From NCBI GenBank assembly GCA_009103225.1, contig RHPI01002090.1, positions 1,730,854 to 1,794,853 of the forward strand: a stretch of 64,000 bases of DNA, written 5' to 3'. The notes beneath the pieces were generated by a model. It ran no database searches and was not told where the DNA came from. It saw only the letters and a program-made list of their open reading frames with translations. Within the stretch, counting starts at the first letter, position 1. Each line of letters opens with the position of its first letter. Shown here piece by piece: positions 61,903 to 64,000 of the stretch. Position numbers and translations under genes: made by a program. The stretch is from Chlorokybus atmophyticus (taxonomy: Eukaryota > Plantae > Mesostigma and Chlorokybus algae).

Positions 61903-63521
61903 ATGCCGCCGAAGGGGCGGGCTGTGGCTGCTGGCGGGCAGCGCGGCCGAAAGAAGCCGGCTGCTGGAGCTGCGCAGCCAGGCAAGCAGGCCGCATCACC
62001 GGCCGGTGATGAGGGGCAGGCCAGCGCGGCCAAGCAGCGGCGAGCAGCGCGGAAGGCCACGCAGCCTGCTGCGCCGGTAGCTAGGCGTACGGCTCAGCCT
62101 GTGCCGCCAAAGTCACATGCGGCCGACGCAGAGCCAGAGCCAGAGCCAGAGCCAGAGGTGACGCTGGAAAACGCTGCAGAGCCAGAGCAAGCTGCCAAGC
62201 TAAAGCTGCCCACGGTTCCGCGACGTCAGCGTAGTAGAGTGGAATTGTCATCCACCTCGGAGGAGGAGGAGGACAACAAAAAGAAGAGGTTCAAGAGGAA
62301 GAAGAAGGTGCACAAGAAGAGACGCACGTCGTCCTCGTCATCCACCTCCTCGTCATCATCTAGCTCTGATACGGACAGCTCCGACTCTGGAGATAGGCAT
62401 ACGAAATACATCAAGCACATCAGCTTCATCAAGCGCCTGTCCAAGCAATCAGAGACATATGCCTTGTGGGAGGAGTACCGCACGCGCAAGGTCTCGACTG
62501 GTGTGCAGGCTTGCTTCGAGGCGATTGGCCGTGCCCTCTTCACAGGTCCGCCAGTTGCGCAGTTGGTGTCATATCTGTATCAGATGCTGCTCACGCACGT
62601 GCACGGTAGCGTGGACTTTGCAGCAGCTTTTGCGACCGGGGCTCGAGGTATCATCAACGACGCCCGCATCAACCGCAAACACAAGGAAGCCAAGGTGATT
62701 CGGCGCCTCACCAAGCTCGCCAACAGCTTCCAGGGCAAAGCAGCCATGCAAAAGGCAAAGACTTCTGTCCCTCAGTAAGTCTGTTGCTTGTGAGAGTTGT
62801 AACACCAAACATGCAATGCGCTGACATGCACACATGCACTTTGCTTAACAGTCGCACAATGTGTGCGTGCAGTATGCTCAGCAACTGCTGTTTGTGTCAT
62901 GGTGCAATGCGCACCTGCTTATGAACATGCACAATGTGTGCATGCAGCATGCTCAGCAGCTGCTATCTGTTGTAATGGTGCAATGCGCGCCTGTTCAACA
63001 ATGGCACAATGTGTGCATAATACATGCAGCGTGCACCACAGTTGCTGTCAGATAGCATGGTGCTTCACGCACCCGTTGTATTTGATAATGCGCACAATGT
63101 GTGCATACAACATCAGTTGCAACACCATGTCAATGGTGCCATGTGCGCCTGTGTCCACTCCCATATATATGTCAAGCAGTGCACAGCACTTGTTCATGTG
63201 TTGGTGCACAGCACATGTGCTGTTACTATTGCATTGAACAACCAGCTGCAATGGGCACGGTGCATACCTGTGAGTTCTACTTAAGGTTTGCTTCACGTTA
63301 GACCATTGATGCAATTGTGCGCCTACAGGCGCTCCGTTACAGAAGAGGGGAGCACCCAGTTCCAGCGTGGACGCGGTCGTGGTGGCTACGGCCGCGGTGG
63401 TCGTGGTGGTTACGGTCGCGGAGGCGGCTACAACAATCAACAGGCTGCGCCCGCTCACCAGGAAGCGCTGGCATACTATGTCCCCGTGCAAGAGCAGCCA
63501 CGCCTAGCATTGCAGCAGTAA
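61903..63521 (+). CDS. Orphan two-exon protein (~354 aa): basic/Ser-rich N-terminus, helical core, RGG tail
   Basis: ATG 61903; exon 1 ends 62774 (GTAAGT); exon 2 starts 63329; phases join in frame to RSVTEEGSTQFQRGRGRGGYGRGGRGG...QQ-stop. Confidence 0.65.
62830..63250. repeat. Degenerate ~55-60-bp tandem repeat in the intron of the orphan gene
   Basis: Recurrent ACAATGTGTGCAT.CAGCATGCTCAGCA.CTGCT..TG..ATGGTGCAATGCGC units. Confidence 0.65.
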
Positions 63522-64000
63522 GTCATGCTGCCAGTACAGCTGCCGAGTAGCTACAGTGCAATAGCAGAAGATGTCGACAGGTGCTGGTGTGTATCATAGC
63601 TGGCGCAAGCGCGCATGTATGCATGTATGCGCGCAACTGCGCATGTATGCATGTTTGGATGATGTATTATAGTGTACTTGAAGTGCAGCTGTTCATGGCT
63701 GACAATGGCATGTGTGTATGATACACACAGCTGTATGTTACTTGACAGGGTTATTTCGCATACGAAAGGCCAATAGTCACTTCAAGTATAACTTAATTGA
63801 TTGGCATGTGCGCAGACATAGCACATCTGAAGAACTCGTCGCTATTAGTGCCATTCTTGAGGATGATTGCATACAAGCAGAGTGGGATCCTGCAATGCCA
63901 GCTTTGGCAGTGGATCCTTTGTCCCCACCAGAGGAGCACACTGATGTTATTACACAAGTGCCACACACTGTTGCGAGCTTACCTATTGCACAGCAACAAG

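Noticed and set aside
1-64000. CRISPR array, rRNA, giant-virus insertion, Fanzor/TnpB
   Set aside because: No regularly spaced repeats, rRNA signatures, NCLDV marker genes or RuvC motifs seen

Overview
Intron-rich eukaryotic DNA from a flagellated green alga. Land-plant-like AP2, NLP-type RWP-RK and DUF627 genes hint at an early-diverging streptophyte alga, but this is inference. About 1-13.5 kb is a retrotransposon cluster: a decayed chromodomain Ty3/gypsy element with a ~530-bp TRIM in its 3' LTR, itself inserted into gag of an older relative on the opposite strand, plus a solo LTR inside a second integrase remnant. About 14-63.5 kb holds roughly 12 spliced genes: amino-acid transporter, an NLP-type RWP-RK protein fused to two RING fingers, CEP89-like, BBOF1, a stand-alone DUF627-like gene, a motif-degenerate MenA/UbiA-like gene, a double-AP2 (euAP2-type) factor, HCAR, a CPBP/CAAX protease, NAR1, a bestrophin-like channel, an FAD-linked oxidase and an orphan RGG protein. 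CCGTA-ended MITEs, several perfect hairpins and a ~4-kb AT-rich non-coding block are interspersed. Exon models were read by eye from GT/AG signals, and family calls come from remembered motifs, not database searches. The strongest novelty candidate is the RWP-RK-RING-RING architecture.
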